From: a virus
Length of the DNA: 64,000 bases
Virus record (IMG/VR): IMGVR_UViG_3300010370_005113
Span: 6,919-70,918 of that record
Direction: 5' to 3' (one strand)
The position numbers and the translations under genes are program-made. The notes beneath the pieces were generated by a model. That model was given only the letters and a program-made list of their open reading frames with translations. It made no database searches and was not told the origin of the DNA. Positions 47,104 to 57,379 of the stretch are shown piece by piece (within the stretch, counting starts at the first letter, position 1; every line of letters starts with the position of its first letter).

Positions 47104-48705
47104 ATGGCTCAAAGTCGGGCACAATTAGTATCACCCATAGGAAACGTAGATGTTAATGGTGGTATTATAGTATCTGGAGTAACAACTGCTGGGACTTTTA
47201 GTGGAAACTTTACAGGAACTGCAACGGGGCTTTCTGGAACCCCAAATCTAAATGTTGGGGTGATTACTGCAACCAGTTATGTTGGAGATGGAAGTAATCT
47301 CACTGGTATTGCTGCAACACCTTTTGTTGGACAGAACGTAACATCACAATCAGGAACTACTACAATTGATTTAAGTCAAGGTAATGTAATTTACTTCACT
47401 CATAATACTGATACCACTGTTGCTTTTGCAAATACAAGTACAGTACAGTCATTAACATTTATAAGAACCAAAGACGATACAACAACGGCAAGAAATCTTA
47501 CATGGCCCTCTAGTGTTCTTTGGAATAACGGAACAACACCACTATTGCTTAATAATCAAAGGAGCACTGATGCTCAACAGTTTAACTTATTAACAAGAGA
47601 TAGTGGAGTAACTTGGTATGGACATGAAGAAGTTAATTATAATATTGGTGATAGCTTATGGTCATGGGGTTATAATAACCTTGGGTCATTAGGACAAAAT
47701 GATACAACACGACGTTCATCACCAGTACAAATACCAGGAACTAATTGGAACTCTATTGCTGGTGGTAGTCAATGGTTTCTTGCTTCTAAGACTGATGGAA
47801 CTTTATGGTCATGGGGTTCTAATAGTAATGGACATCTAGGACAAAATAATACAACAAATATTTCATCACCAGTACAAATACCAGGAACCACATGGAGTTC
47901 TGTTGGTGGTGGTAGTTTATTTTCATTAGCAACCAAAACTGATGGAACTCTATGGGCATGGGGAAGGAATGCTCAAGGACAACTAGGACAAAGTACTAGT
48001 GGGAGTTATGCTTCTCATTCATCACCTGTGCAAATACCAGGAACTACATGGAGTTCTAATATTATCAAAAATCCAAACGCTAGTCATGTATTAGCAACCA
48101 AGACTGATGGAACACTATGGGCATGGGGTTTTGGTACTTTTGGAAGATTAGGACAAAATGCTACAACATCACAATCATCACCAGTACAAATACTCGGAAC
48201 GTCTTGGAGTTCCGTTGGTAACACCTATGATGCATCGGCAACCAAAACTGATGGAACTTTATGGATGTGGGGAAGAAATATCAGAGGACAACTAGGACAA
48301 AATAATACAACAACCTATTCATCACCAGTACAAATTCCAGGAACCACATGGAGTTCTATTGCTGGTGGTGAACAACATACATTAGCAACCAAAACTGATG
48401 GAACCTTATGGTCATGGGGTTATAATGCTAAAGGACAATTAGGACAAAATAATAGAACAGATTATTCATCACCAGTTCAAATTCCAGGAACCGCATGGAG
48501 TTCTATTGGTGGTGGAGGTGATATATCAGCCGCAACTAAAACTAATGGAACTTTATGGATGTTTGGAACAAATATTGGTGGACAACTTGGACAAAATAGC
48601 GGAGGGTCTTATCAAGGATTTTCATCACCAGTGCAAGTACCGGGAACTTCATGGAATTTTGCTGTTGGAAATACCAGCACATTAGCAACCAAATCCTCAT
48701 CATAA
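47104..48705 (+). CDS. Fibre-anchored RCC1/BLIP-II protein (7 blades)
   Basis: GDGSNLTG motif, TTIDLSQGNVIYFTHN domain, seven repeats. Confidence 0.9.
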   Translation: MAQSRAQLVSPIGNVDVNGGIIVSGVTTAGTFSGNFTGTATGLSGTPNLNVGVITATSYVGDGSNLTGIAATPFVGQNVTSQSGTTTIDLSQGNVIYFTHNTDTTVAFANTSTVQSLTFIRTKDDTTTARNLTWPSSVLWNNGTTPLLLNNQRSTDAQQFNLLTRDSGVTWYGHEEVNYNIGDSLWSWGYNNLGSLGQNDTTRRSSPVQIPGTNWNSIAGGSQWFLASKTDGTLWSWGSNSNGHLGQNNTTNISSPVQIPGTTWSSVGGGSLFSLATKTDGTLWAWGRNAQGQLGQSTSGSYASHSSPVQIPGTTWSSNIIKNPNASHVLATKTDGTLWAWGFGTFGRLGQNATTSQSSPVQILGTSWSSVGNTYDASATKTDGTLWMWGRNIRGQLGQNNTTTYSSPVQIPGTTWSSIAGGEQHTLATKTDGTLWSWGYNAKGQLGQNNRTDYSSPVQIPGTAWSSIGGGGDISAATKTNGTLWMFGTNIGGQLGQNSGGSYQGFSSPVQVPGTSWNFAVGNTSTLATKSSS

Positions 48706-48722
48706 ATACCTAAAAACATCCA

Positions 48723-50309
48723 ATGTCTCAACAAAAGGCACAAATCATTTCACCAATTGATACATTTACTACTCCAGGTCTCAACGTAACTGGTGTAGTA
48801 ACTTCAACGTCTTTTGTTGGTTCTGCAACTGGAACTGCAACAGGTCTTGCAAGTACAACTCTTAATATCAGTGCTGGTATCGTAACTGCAACAACACTTT
48901 ATGGTTCTGGTGCAAGTTTAACTGGTGTTGCTCAAACTGCTTTTGTTGGTCAAAGTACAACTTCACAATCACCTACAACAACCATTAACTTATCATTAGG
49001 TAATGTAATTTATTTCACTCATAATACTGATACTACTGTTGCTTTTGCGAGTACTGATACAGTAGAGAAAGTCAAGTTTATTAGAATTAAAGACGCAACA
49101 ACAACTGCAAGAAATATTACATGGCCTACAAATGTTTATTGGAATAATGGAACTGCTCCAACGTTAATTAATAATCCAAGAACCACAGCAGCACAAACAT
49201 TCAATCTTACAACCAGAGATGGTGGAGTGACTTGGTATGCTTATCAGGAAGTGAATAGTAATCCACAGACATTGAGTTTGTTCTCATGGGGATATAATGG
49301 TTATGGACAACTAGGACAAAGTAATCTAACACAATATTCATCACCAGTTCAGATACAAGGAACTACATGGAGTTCTATAAGTAGTGGTCGAAGTCATTCA
49401 TTAGCAATCAAAACTGATGGAACTTTATGGGGATGGAGTCTCAATACTGGGGGACAACTAGGACAAAATAATATAACACTATATTCATCACCAGTACAAA
49501 TACCAGGAACCACATGGAGTTCTATAAGTTTATCAAAAAGTAATCAATGGAGCATGGCGACCAAAACTGATGGAACTTTATGGGTATGGGGACTAAATGG
49601 TTTTGGACAACTAGGACAAAATAACGTAACATATTATTCATCACCAGTACAAATACCAGGAACCACATGGAGTTCTATCAGTAGTGGTAACGTTCATTCA
49701 TTAGCAACCAAAACTGACGGTACTTTATGGTCATGGGGTTATAATGCTCAAGGACAACTAGGACAAAACAACAGAACACATCGTTCATCACCAGTACAAA
49801 TACCAGGAACCACATGGAGTTCTATCAATAGTAATAACTTTCATTCATTAGCAACCAAGACTGATGGAACATTATGGTCATGGGGTTATAATTTTTATGG
49901 ACAACTAGGACAAAATAATAGAACATATCGTTCATCACCGGTACAAATACCAGGAACTACATGGAGTTCTATAAGTGGTGGTAACGTTTATTCATTAGCA
50001 TCTAAAACTGACGGAACTTTATGGTCATGGGGTTTTAATAGTGATGGAAGATTAGGACAAAATAATACAACACAATATTCATCACCAGCACAAATACCAG
50101 GAACCACATGGAGTTCTATCAGTGGTGGTTCTAATTTTTCATTAGCAATGAAAACTGATAATACCTTATGGGCATGGGGGCAAAATACTAATGGAAGATT
50201 AGGACAAAATAGTACAACATATTATTCATCACCAGTTCAAATTCCAGGAACTACATGGAATTCTATTAGCGGTGGTGAACAACATTCATTAGCACTCAAA
50301 CAAGAATAA
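48723..50309 (+). CDS. Fibre-anchored RCC1/BLIP-II protein (7 blades)
   Basis: Same architecture as 47104-48705; CATAAATA at 48701-48708. Confidence 0.9.
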   Translation: MSQQKAQIISPIDTFTTPGLNVTGVVTSTSFVGSATGTATGLASTTLNISAGIVTATTLYGSGASLTGVAQTAFVGQSTTSQSPTTTINLSLGNVIYFTHNTDTTVAFASTDTVEKVKFIRIKDATTTARNITWPTNVYWNNGTAPTLINNPRTTAAQTFNLTTRDGGVTWYAYQEVNSNPQTLSLFSWGYNGYGQLGQSNLTQYSSPVQIQGTTWSSISSGRSHSLAIKTDGTLWGWSLNTGGQLGQNNITLYSSPVQIPGTTWSSISLSKSNQWSMATKTDGTLWVWGLNGFGQLGQNNVTYYSSPVQIPGTTWSSISSGNVHSLATKTDGTLWSWGYNAQGQLGQNNRTHRSSPVQIPGTTWSSINSNNFHSLATKTDGTLWSWGYNFYGQLGQNNRTYRSSPVQIPGTTWSSISGGNVYSLASKTDGTLWSWGFNSDGRLGQNNTTQYSSPAQIPGTTWSSISGGSNFSLAMKTDNTLWAWGQNTNGRLGQNSTTYYSSPVQIPGTTWNSISGGEQHSLALKQE

Positions 50310-50321
50310 ATACTTCTAAAA

Positions 50322-51902
50322 ATGTCCCAAACGAAAGCACAATTAGTACAACCAGTAGGAATATTCACAGCACCAGGAGTGAATGTCTCTGGAGTATTAA
50401 CTGCTTCATCGTTCTCTGGAAATCTTACAGGTACAGTCACAGGACTTACAACAACTGCAAATATTACTGTTGGAGTACTGACTGCTACAAGTTTCTTTGG
50501 TTCTGGTGCAAATCTTACTGGTATTCCTGCTGGTGCTTATGTTGGTCAAAGTACAACATCACAATCACCAACAACCACAATTGATTTGAGTTTAGGTAAT
50601 GTAATTTACTTTACACATAATACGAATACTACTGTTGCTTTTGCAAACACAAGCACAACACAGGAAGTTCGTTTTATTCGTACAAAGGACGATACTGGAA
50701 CAATAAGAACAATTACATGGCCCTCAAGTATTATTTGGGATGGTGGAAGTGCTCCTGTTTTAAGAAATAATGCAAAGAGTACTGATGCTCAAATCTTTAA
50801 TCTAACGACTAGAGATACTGGAGTAACTTGGTATGGTTATCAAGAGTTTGTTTATAGTCCTGGTGATGTTTTGTTCTCGTGGGGAGTTGGTACTTCGGGA
50901 CAACTAGGACAAAACACTGCAGTATCCACATCATCACCAGTACAAATACCTGGTACTACATGGAGTTCTATAAGTGGTGCTATTTTTCATTCATTAGCAA
51001 CCAAAACTGATGGAACTTTATGGTCATGGGGTGATAATACTTATGGGCAAGTAGGTCAAAATAATAGAACATATTATTCATCACCAGTACAAATACCAGG
51101 AAATACATGGAGTTTAATATCTTCTGTGCAAACTCATTCATTAGCAAGAAAAACTGATGGAACTTTATGGTCATGGGGATATAATTCTTATGGAGCACTA
51201 GGACAAAATAATACAACACAATATTCATCACCAGTACAAATACCAGGAACCACCTGGAGTTCTATCAGTGGTGGTAATAGTTTTTCATTATCAACCAAAA
51301 CTGATGGAACTTTATGGTCATGGGGTACTGGTGCTAGTGGAAGATTGGGACAAAATGATACAACATACTATTCATCACCAGTACAAATACCAGGAACCAC
51401 CTGGAGTTCTATAAGTGCTAGTGGTAATAGTTTTTCATTAGCAACCAAAACTGATGGAACTCTATGGTCATGGGGTCAAAATGGTAATGGAGCATTAGGA
51501 CAAAATAATAGAACATATTATTCATCACCAGTACAAATACCAGGAACTACATGGAGTTCTATAAGTAGTGGTGGTGGTACTCATTCATTAGCAACCAAGA
51601 CTGATGGAACTTTATGGACATGGGGTAATAATAGTGCTGGACAACTAGCACAAAATAATAGAACACAATATTCATCACCAGTACAAATACCAGGAACCAC
51701 ATGGAGTTCTGTAAGTGGTGGTGGTCAACATTCATTATCAACCAAAACTGATGGAACTTTATGGTCATGGGGTACTGGTGCTAGTGGAAGATTGGGACAA
51801 AATGATACAACACAATATTCATCACCAGTACAAATACCAGGAACCACATGGAGTTCTATCAGTGGTGGTACTCAGTACTCATCAGCACTCAGATCATCCT
51901 GA
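50322..51902 (+). CDS. Fibre-anchored RCC1/BLIP-II protein (7 blades)
   Basis: Same architecture; AATAAATA at 50305-50312. Confidence 0.9.
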   Translation: MSQTKAQLVQPVGIFTAPGVNVSGVLTASSFSGNLTGTVTGLTTTANITVGVLTATSFFGSGANLTGIPAGAYVGQSTTSQSPTTTIDLSLGNVIYFTHNTNTTVAFANTSTTQEVRFIRTKDDTGTIRTITWPSSIIWDGGSAPVLRNNAKSTDAQIFNLTTRDTGVTWYGYQEFVYSPGDVLFSWGVGTSGQLGQNTAVSTSSPVQIPGTTWSSISGAIFHSLATKTDGTLWSWGDNTYGQVGQNNRTYYSSPVQIPGNTWSLISSVQTHSLARKTDGTLWSWGYNSYGALGQNNTTQYSSPVQIPGTTWSSISGGNSFSLSTKTDGTLWSWGTGASGRLGQNDTTYYSSPVQIPGTTWSSISASGNSFSLATKTDGTLWSWGQNGNGALGQNNRTYYSSPVQIPGTTWSSISSGGGTHSLATKTDGTLWTWGNNSAGQLAQNNRTQYSSPVQIPGTTWSSVSGGGQHSLSTKTDGTLWSWGTGASGRLGQNDTTQYSSPVQIPGTTWSSISGGTQYSSALRSS

Positions 51903-51929
51903 TATAAATACTCAAAAAGTATACAGATA

Positions 51930-54191
51930 ATGGCTCTCAATTTTCCAGACAGTCCATCACTTAATCAAATCTATACAGATAATACTTCTGGGTTCTCTTA
52001 TCAATGGAACGGAACTGTATGGATTAGTTATTCTGCAGCATCATCAAATAACATCAAAACTCTTGATGATATCAGTGCTTCATTCAACAGTTCAACAACC
52101 ATTTTTTCATTAACATCTGGTGGTACTGCAGTTACACCAGCATCTCCACAACAACTGATTATCAGCGTTGGTGGTGTAATGCAAAGTCCAAACACTGACT
52201 ATTCAGTGTCTGGTTCTAATATTATCTTCACAACTGCACCACAATCTGGATTAACATTCTTCGGAACTCTGATTGGACCTGCAGTTCCTGTTGGTGTTTC
52301 AACGGTTGGTGAAGTTTATCGTCGTCAATCTTATGCAGTCACTGGTGTACAAACATCATTCTCATTCCCTGCTGGTTATACTGTTGGATATCTGGAAGTT
52401 TATCGTAATGGTGTAAAACTGATTTCTGGTGATGACTTTACTGCGACTGATGGAAGTTCATTTAGTTTAACAACACCAGCACAGAATGGTGATGATGTAG
52501 AAGCAACAGGATACATCACATCAGCAATTGCAGTTACGAATGGAAATCTTACTGACCTTTTAGTTAATAATAATGCTAGAGTTCTTGGTATCACAACTCT
52601 TGGTATTAATGTTGGTGCAGGACAAACCGCATTAACTGTCCAAGGAAACGCAAGAGTTACTGGTATTCTGACTGTTGGTTCTTCTAGTTTAACTTTAAAT
52701 GGAGACACCAATCAAATTAATGGAGTTACAATCAGTGCTGGTGTTGTAACTGCTACAAGTTTTTCTGGTAGCGGTTCAGGATTAACTGGTATTGTAACCA
52801 GTGTAAATCCTGTTGGTCAATCAACAACATCTCAAGCAGGAACTACTACAATTAATCTAAGTTTAGGTAGTGTAATCTACTTTACTCATAATACTGATAC
52901 CACTGTTGCTTTTGCAAATACCGCAACAACTCAAGAAATTACATTTATTAGAACAAAAGATAATACAACAACTGCTAGAGCAATTACATGGCCATCTAAC
53001 ATTTATTGGGATAATATTGATGCACCTACACTACAAAACGAAGGAGCAACAAGAAATGCACAAACTTTTAGTTTCACAACTCGTGATGGTGGAGTAAGTT
53101 GGGTTGGTTATGAAGTTCAAAGAAATGCTGGTATCGGTACTTATATGTATGTTTGGGGGAATGGGGCATCAGCACGATTAGGACAAAATAACACCACCAC
53201 ATCTTTCAATTTACCAAAGTTATTTGAAAACTCAACTATATGGTCCAATATATCATTTCTAACGACTACAAATGCATCATTAGCAACTAAAACTGACGGA
53301 ACTTTATGGGCATGGGGAGCTAATACTTCTGGAGTATTGGGACAAAATACTACAACAAGTTTTTCATCACCAATACAAATACCGGGAACCACATGGAGTT
53401 CTATAAGTGGTGGTACAACTCATTCATTAGCAACCAAGACTGATGGAACTTTATGGTCATGGGGTACTAATAGTGGTGGACAACTAGGACAAAATACTAC
53501 AACAAGTTTTTCATCACCAATACAAATACCGGGAACCACATGGAGTTCTATAGATGGCGGCAATGCTTTTTCATTAGCAACCAAAACTGATGGAACTTTA
53601 TGGTCATGGGGTACTAATACTAATGGACAACTAGGTCAAAATGCTATAACATCACAGTCATCACCAGTACAAATACCAGGGACCACATGGAGTTCTATAT
53701 CTATTGGTTATAATCATTCATTAGCAACCAAGACTGATGGAACTTTATGGACATGGGGTTTTGGTAATAGCGGAAGATTAGGACAAAGTGCTACAACATC
53801 ACAATCATCACCAGTACAAATACCAGGAACAACGTGGAGTTCTATAAGTAATATCGGACCATTAGCAATTAAAACTGATGGAACACTATGGTCATGGGGT
53901 TATAATGCTCAAGGACAATTAGCACAAAACAATAGAACACAATATTCATCACCAGTACAAATACCAGGATCCACATGGAGTTCTGTAAGTAGTACTGTTG
54001 GTAGTGTAACTGGTACTAACGTTTCAGTATTAGCAAAAAAAACTGATGGAACCTTATGGGCATGGGGAAATAATGGTAATGGAATATTAGGACAAGGTAA
54101 TTCAACATACTATTCATCACCAGTTCAAATACCAGGAACCACATGGACTAGACCAATATCTGGTAGTGCAGCATTCAAAACTATCACATAA
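51930..54191 (+). CDS. Multi-domain fibre protein with C-terminal RCC1/BLIP-II propeller (first blade divergent)
   Basis: MALNFP...YQWNGTVW fibre N-terminus, LDDIS..FN domain, VIYFTHN domain, seven repeats; TATAAATA at 51903-51910. Confidence 0.88.
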   Translation: MALNFPDSPSLNQIYTDNTSGFSYQWNGTVWISYSAASSNNIKTLDDISASFNSSTTIFSLTSGGTAVTPASPQQLIISVGGVMQSPNTDYSVSGSNIIFTTAPQSGLTFFGTLIGPAVPVGVSTVGEVYRRQSYAVTGVQTSFSFPAGYTVGYLEVYRNGVKLISGDDFTATDGSSFSLTTPAQNGDDVEATGYITSAIAVTNGNLTDLLVNNNARVLGITTLGINVGAGQTALTVQGNARVTGILTVGSSSLTLNGDTNQINGVTISAGVVTATSFSGSGSGLTGIVTSVNPVGQSTTSQAGTTTINLSLGSVIYFTHNTDTTVAFANTATTQEITFIRTKDNTTTARAITWPSNIYWDNIDAPTLQNEGATRNAQTFSFTTRDGGVSWVGYEVQRNAGIGTYMYVWGNGASARLGQNNTTTSFNLPKLFENSTIWSNISFLTTTNASLATKTDGTLWAWGANTSGVLGQNTTTSFSSPIQIPGTTWSSISGGTTHSLATKTDGTLWSWGTNSGGQLGQNTTTSFSSPIQIPGTTWSSIDGGNAFSLATKTDGTLWSWGTNTNGQLGQNAITSQSSPVQIPGTTWSSISIGYNHSLATKTDGTLWTWGFGNSGRLGQSATTSQSSPVQIPGTTWSSISNIGPLAIKTDGTLWSWGYNAQGQLAQNNRTQYSSPVQIPGSTWSSVSSTVGSVTGTNVSVLAKKTDGTLWAWGNNGNGILGQGNSTYYSSPVQIPGTTWTRPISGSAAFKTIT

Positions 54192-55753
54192 TGTCCATCC
54201 ATAACACTCTAGCAGGATTTGCAACATTTATCTCGCCAATCAACAACTTAAGTGTTGGTGTGGTGACTGCTACTCAACTTTATGGAGATGGGTCATCAAT
54301 CACCAATGTTGGTCTTGGAACAACCTCAAGTATCAACACTTCAGGTATTGTAACGGCTTCAAGATTTTCTGGTGATGGTTCTGGTCTGACTGATGTTGGT
54401 GGTTATCTTGCTGGGTTGATTTATTCTCCAGCAGTTGGAGAAACAAACGTAGGTCTTTCAAGCAATATTTCAATTACATTCAATAAACACATCATTGCAG
54501 GTGTTGGTACAATCACTCTAAGAACTGGAAGTGCATCAGGAACGATTGTTGAAAGTTTTAATGTTGGAACCAGTAGTTCAATCAGCATCAGTGGAGCAAC
54601 ACTTACAGTTAATCCAACAAATAACTTAAGTGGATTAACAACTTACTATCTTGTAGTTCCTGCAAATACAGTTGAAGATACTTTTGGTACTGGCGGAAAT
54701 CTTGGTATTACAAGTTATTCTTTTACTACACAAAATTTTATCTATCCTTTGTTTAGTTGGGGTCGTAATAATTTTGGTGAATTAGCACAAAATAATACAA
54801 CACAATATTCATCACCAGTACAAATACCAGGAACCACCTGGAGTTCTATCAGCGCCGGTGGTGGTAATACATTAGCAACCAAAACTGATGGAACCTTATG
54901 GTCGTGGGGTCGTAATGATGCTGGTCAACTAGGTCAAAATAATAGAACACAATATTCATCACCAGTACAAATACCAGGAACCACATGGAGTTCTATAAGT
55001 GGTAGTAGTCAATCTTCATTAGGAACCAAAACTGATGGAACTTTATGGTCATGGGGTGCTAACGGTAGTGGACAACTAGGACAAAACGCTGTAGCAAACC
55101 GATCATCACCAGTACAAATACCCGGAACTACATGGAGTTCTATCAGTGGTAGTGGTGTTTTTTCATTAGCAACCAAAACTGACGGAACTTTATGGTCATG
55201 GGGATCTAATAATAACGGACAACTAGGACAAAATAATGGAACGCAATATTCATCACCAGTACAAATACCAGGAACCACATGGAGTTCTATAAGCGGTATA
55301 GCAGCAACTAAAACTGATGGAACTTTATGGGCATGGGGTTATAATCTTTATGGACAACTAGGACAAAATAATAGAACATATTATTCATCACCAGTACAAA
55401 TACCAGGAACCACATGGAGTTCTGTAAGTTATTCCGTTGCAACCAAAACTGACGGAACTTTATGGTCATGGGGGCAAAATGGTCAAGGACAATTAGGACA
55501 AAATAATAGAACATATTATTCATCACCAGTACAAATACCAGGAACTACATGGAATTCCATTAGTGCTGGTGGAAATTTTTCATTAGCAACCAAAACTGAT
55601 GGAACTTTATGGTCATGGGGTTATAATGCTCAAGGGCAACTGGGGCAAAGTGACGCAACAACACAATATTCATCACCAACCCAAATACCAGGAACTACAT
55701 GGAATTTTGTAGATGCTAATGCCTTTTATTCATTAGCAACCAAAGCCGAATAA
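54191..55753 (+). CDS. Ig-like (SbsA/Big_5-type) plus RCC1/BLIP-II protein
   Basis: YSP..GETNV....ISITFNK...G.GTITLR...YYLVVP...SFTT, then seven repeats, two with shortened loops. Confidence 0.88.
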   Translation: MSIHNTLAGFATFISPINNLSVGVVTATQLYGDGSSITNVGLGTTSSINTSGIVTASRFSGDGSGLTDVGGYLAGLIYSPAVGETNVGLSSNISITFNKHIIAGVGTITLRTGSASGTIVESFNVGTSSSISISGATLTVNPTNNLSGLTTYYLVVPANTVEDTFGTGGNLGITSYSFTTQNFIYPLFSWGRNNFGELAQNNTTQYSSPVQIPGTTWSSISAGGGNTLATKTDGTLWSWGRNDAGQLGQNNRTQYSSPVQIPGTTWSSISGSSQSSLGTKTDGTLWSWGANGSGQLGQNAVANRSSPVQIPGTTWSSISGSGVFSLATKTDGTLWSWGSNNNGQLGQNNGTQYSSPVQIPGTTWSSISGIAATKTDGTLWAWGYNLYGQLGQNNRTYYSSPVQIPGTTWSSVSYSVATKTDGTLWSWGQNGQGQLGQNNRTYYSSPVQIPGTTWNSISAGGNFSLATKTDGTLWSWGYNAQGQLGQSDATTQYSSPTQIPGTTWNFVDANAFYSLATKAE

Positions 55754-55765
55754 ATACTTAAAAAA

Positions 55766-57367
55766 ATGTCCAAAGCTTCCAATCTTGCTGGATTTATTAC
55801 AAGCATTGTTCCATCAAACAATCTCAATCTTGGAGTTGCAACAGCATTCAGTTGGGTTGGAAGTGGACTTAACTTAACTGGTGTTGGTTTTGGAACCACA
55901 GGAAGCATCAACACCACAGGAATTATCACAGCAACTAAGTTTGTTGGAAGTGGAATAGGACTTACAAACATTGGAGATGGTGGACTTGCTCCAATCACTT
56001 ATAGCCCAGGAATTGCAGTAACGAATATAGATTTACCAACGAATATTGTTCTCACCTTTAACAAACCAATTCAGGCAGGTGTTGGAACTATTACAATCAG
56101 GTCTGGAAGTGCATCAGGGACGATTATTGAAAGTTATGATGTTGGTATTAGTACTCGTTTAAGTATCAGTGGTGGAGTATTAACAATCGATCCCGTAAAT
56201 AATTTGAGTGTGGGAACAACTTATTATGTTGTATTTCCAGAAGGTGCATATAAGGACATTCTGAATAGTTCTTCAAGTGTTGGTATTAGTACTTATTATT
56301 TTGTTACAAGAGGGTACACTTATTCTTTGTTTACTTGGGGTCTTAATCAATATGGAGAATTAGGTCAAAACAATAGAGTATCACAATCATCACCAGTACA
56401 AATACCAGGAATCACGTGGAGTTCTATCAATGCTGGTGGTGCTCATTCATTAGTAACCAAAACTGATGGAACTTTATGGTCATGGGGATATAATGGTAGA
56501 GGACAACTAGGACAACTAAACAGAGCAAATTATTCATCACCAGTTCAAATACCAGGAACCACATGGAACATTGCAAGTGGAGGAAATGAACATTCATTAG
56601 CAACCAAAACTGATGGAACCTTATGGGCATGGGGAGATAATTCTCAATCAAATGATCAGGGACAGTTGGGCCAAAATAATACAACAAATTATTCATCGCC
56701 AGTACAAATACCAGGAACTACATGGAGTTCTCCTCATGCTTGTACTTTTGATAGTTTAGTAAAAAAAACTGATGGAACTCTATGGGCATTTGGTGGAAAT
56801 GCTTATGGACAATTAGGACAAAATAATAGAGTAAAATATTCATCACCAGTACAAATACCAGGAACCACATGGAGTTCTATCAGCGGTTCATATCACATAT
56901 TAGCAACTAAAACCGATGGAACTTTATGGGCATGGGGACGTAATCATAGAGGACAATTAGGACAAAATAATAGAACATACTATTCATCACCAGTACAGAT
57001 ACCAGGAACCACATGGAGTTCTATTAATTCTTGTCTTTATCATTCAATAGGGAAAAAGACTGATGGAACTTTATGGGGATGGGGTAATAATAATGATGGA
57101 AATCTTGGACAAAATGATGTAACACAATATTCATCGCCCGTGCAAATACCGGGAACCACATGGAGTTCTGTCGGTGGGGGCAAAGGAGGCAATTATTCAT
57201 TAGCAACAAAAACTGACGGAACCTTATGGTCATGGGGTATTGGTTCTAATGGAAGATTGGGACAAAATGCAACAACAAGCAGTTCATCACCAACACAAAT
57301 ACCAGGGACAACATGGAGTGCTATAAGTGGCGGTACTAATCATATACTAGCAACCAAAGCCGAATAA
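55766..57367 (+). CDS. Ig-like plus RCC1/BLIP-II protein
   Basis: Paralog of 54191-55753; seven repeats. Confidence 0.88.
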   Translation: MSKASNLAGFITSIVPSNNLNLGVATAFSWVGSGLNLTGVGFGTTGSINTTGIITATKFVGSGIGLTNIGDGGLAPITYSPGIAVTNIDLPTNIVLTFNKPIQAGVGTITIRSGSASGTIIESYDVGISTRLSISGGVLTIDPVNNLSVGTTYYVVFPEGAYKDILNSSSSVGISTYYFVTRGYTYSLFTWGLNQYGELGQNNRVSQSSPVQIPGITWSSINAGGAHSLVTKTDGTLWSWGYNGRGQLGQLNRANYSSPVQIPGTTWNIASGGNEHSLATKTDGTLWAWGDNSQSNDQGQLGQNNTTNYSSPVQIPGTTWSSPHACTFDSLVKKTDGTLWAFGGNAYGQLGQNNRVKYSSPVQIPGTTWSSISGSYHILATKTDGTLWAWGRNHRGQLGQNNRTYYSSPVQIPGTTWSSINSCLYHSIGKKTDGTLWGWGNNNDGNLGQNDVTQYSSPVQIPGTTWSSVGGGKGGNYSLATKTDGTLWSWGIGSNGRLGQNATTSSSSPTQIPGTTWSAISGGTNHILATKAE

Positions 57368-57379
57368 ATACTTAAAAAA

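Noticed and set aside
25698-57233. Recurring minus-strand ORFs over the RCC1 genes (MVPGICTGDE..., MTIKFHQFW...)
   Set aside because: Antisense shadows of the conserved repeat, with no independent start or promoter signals.
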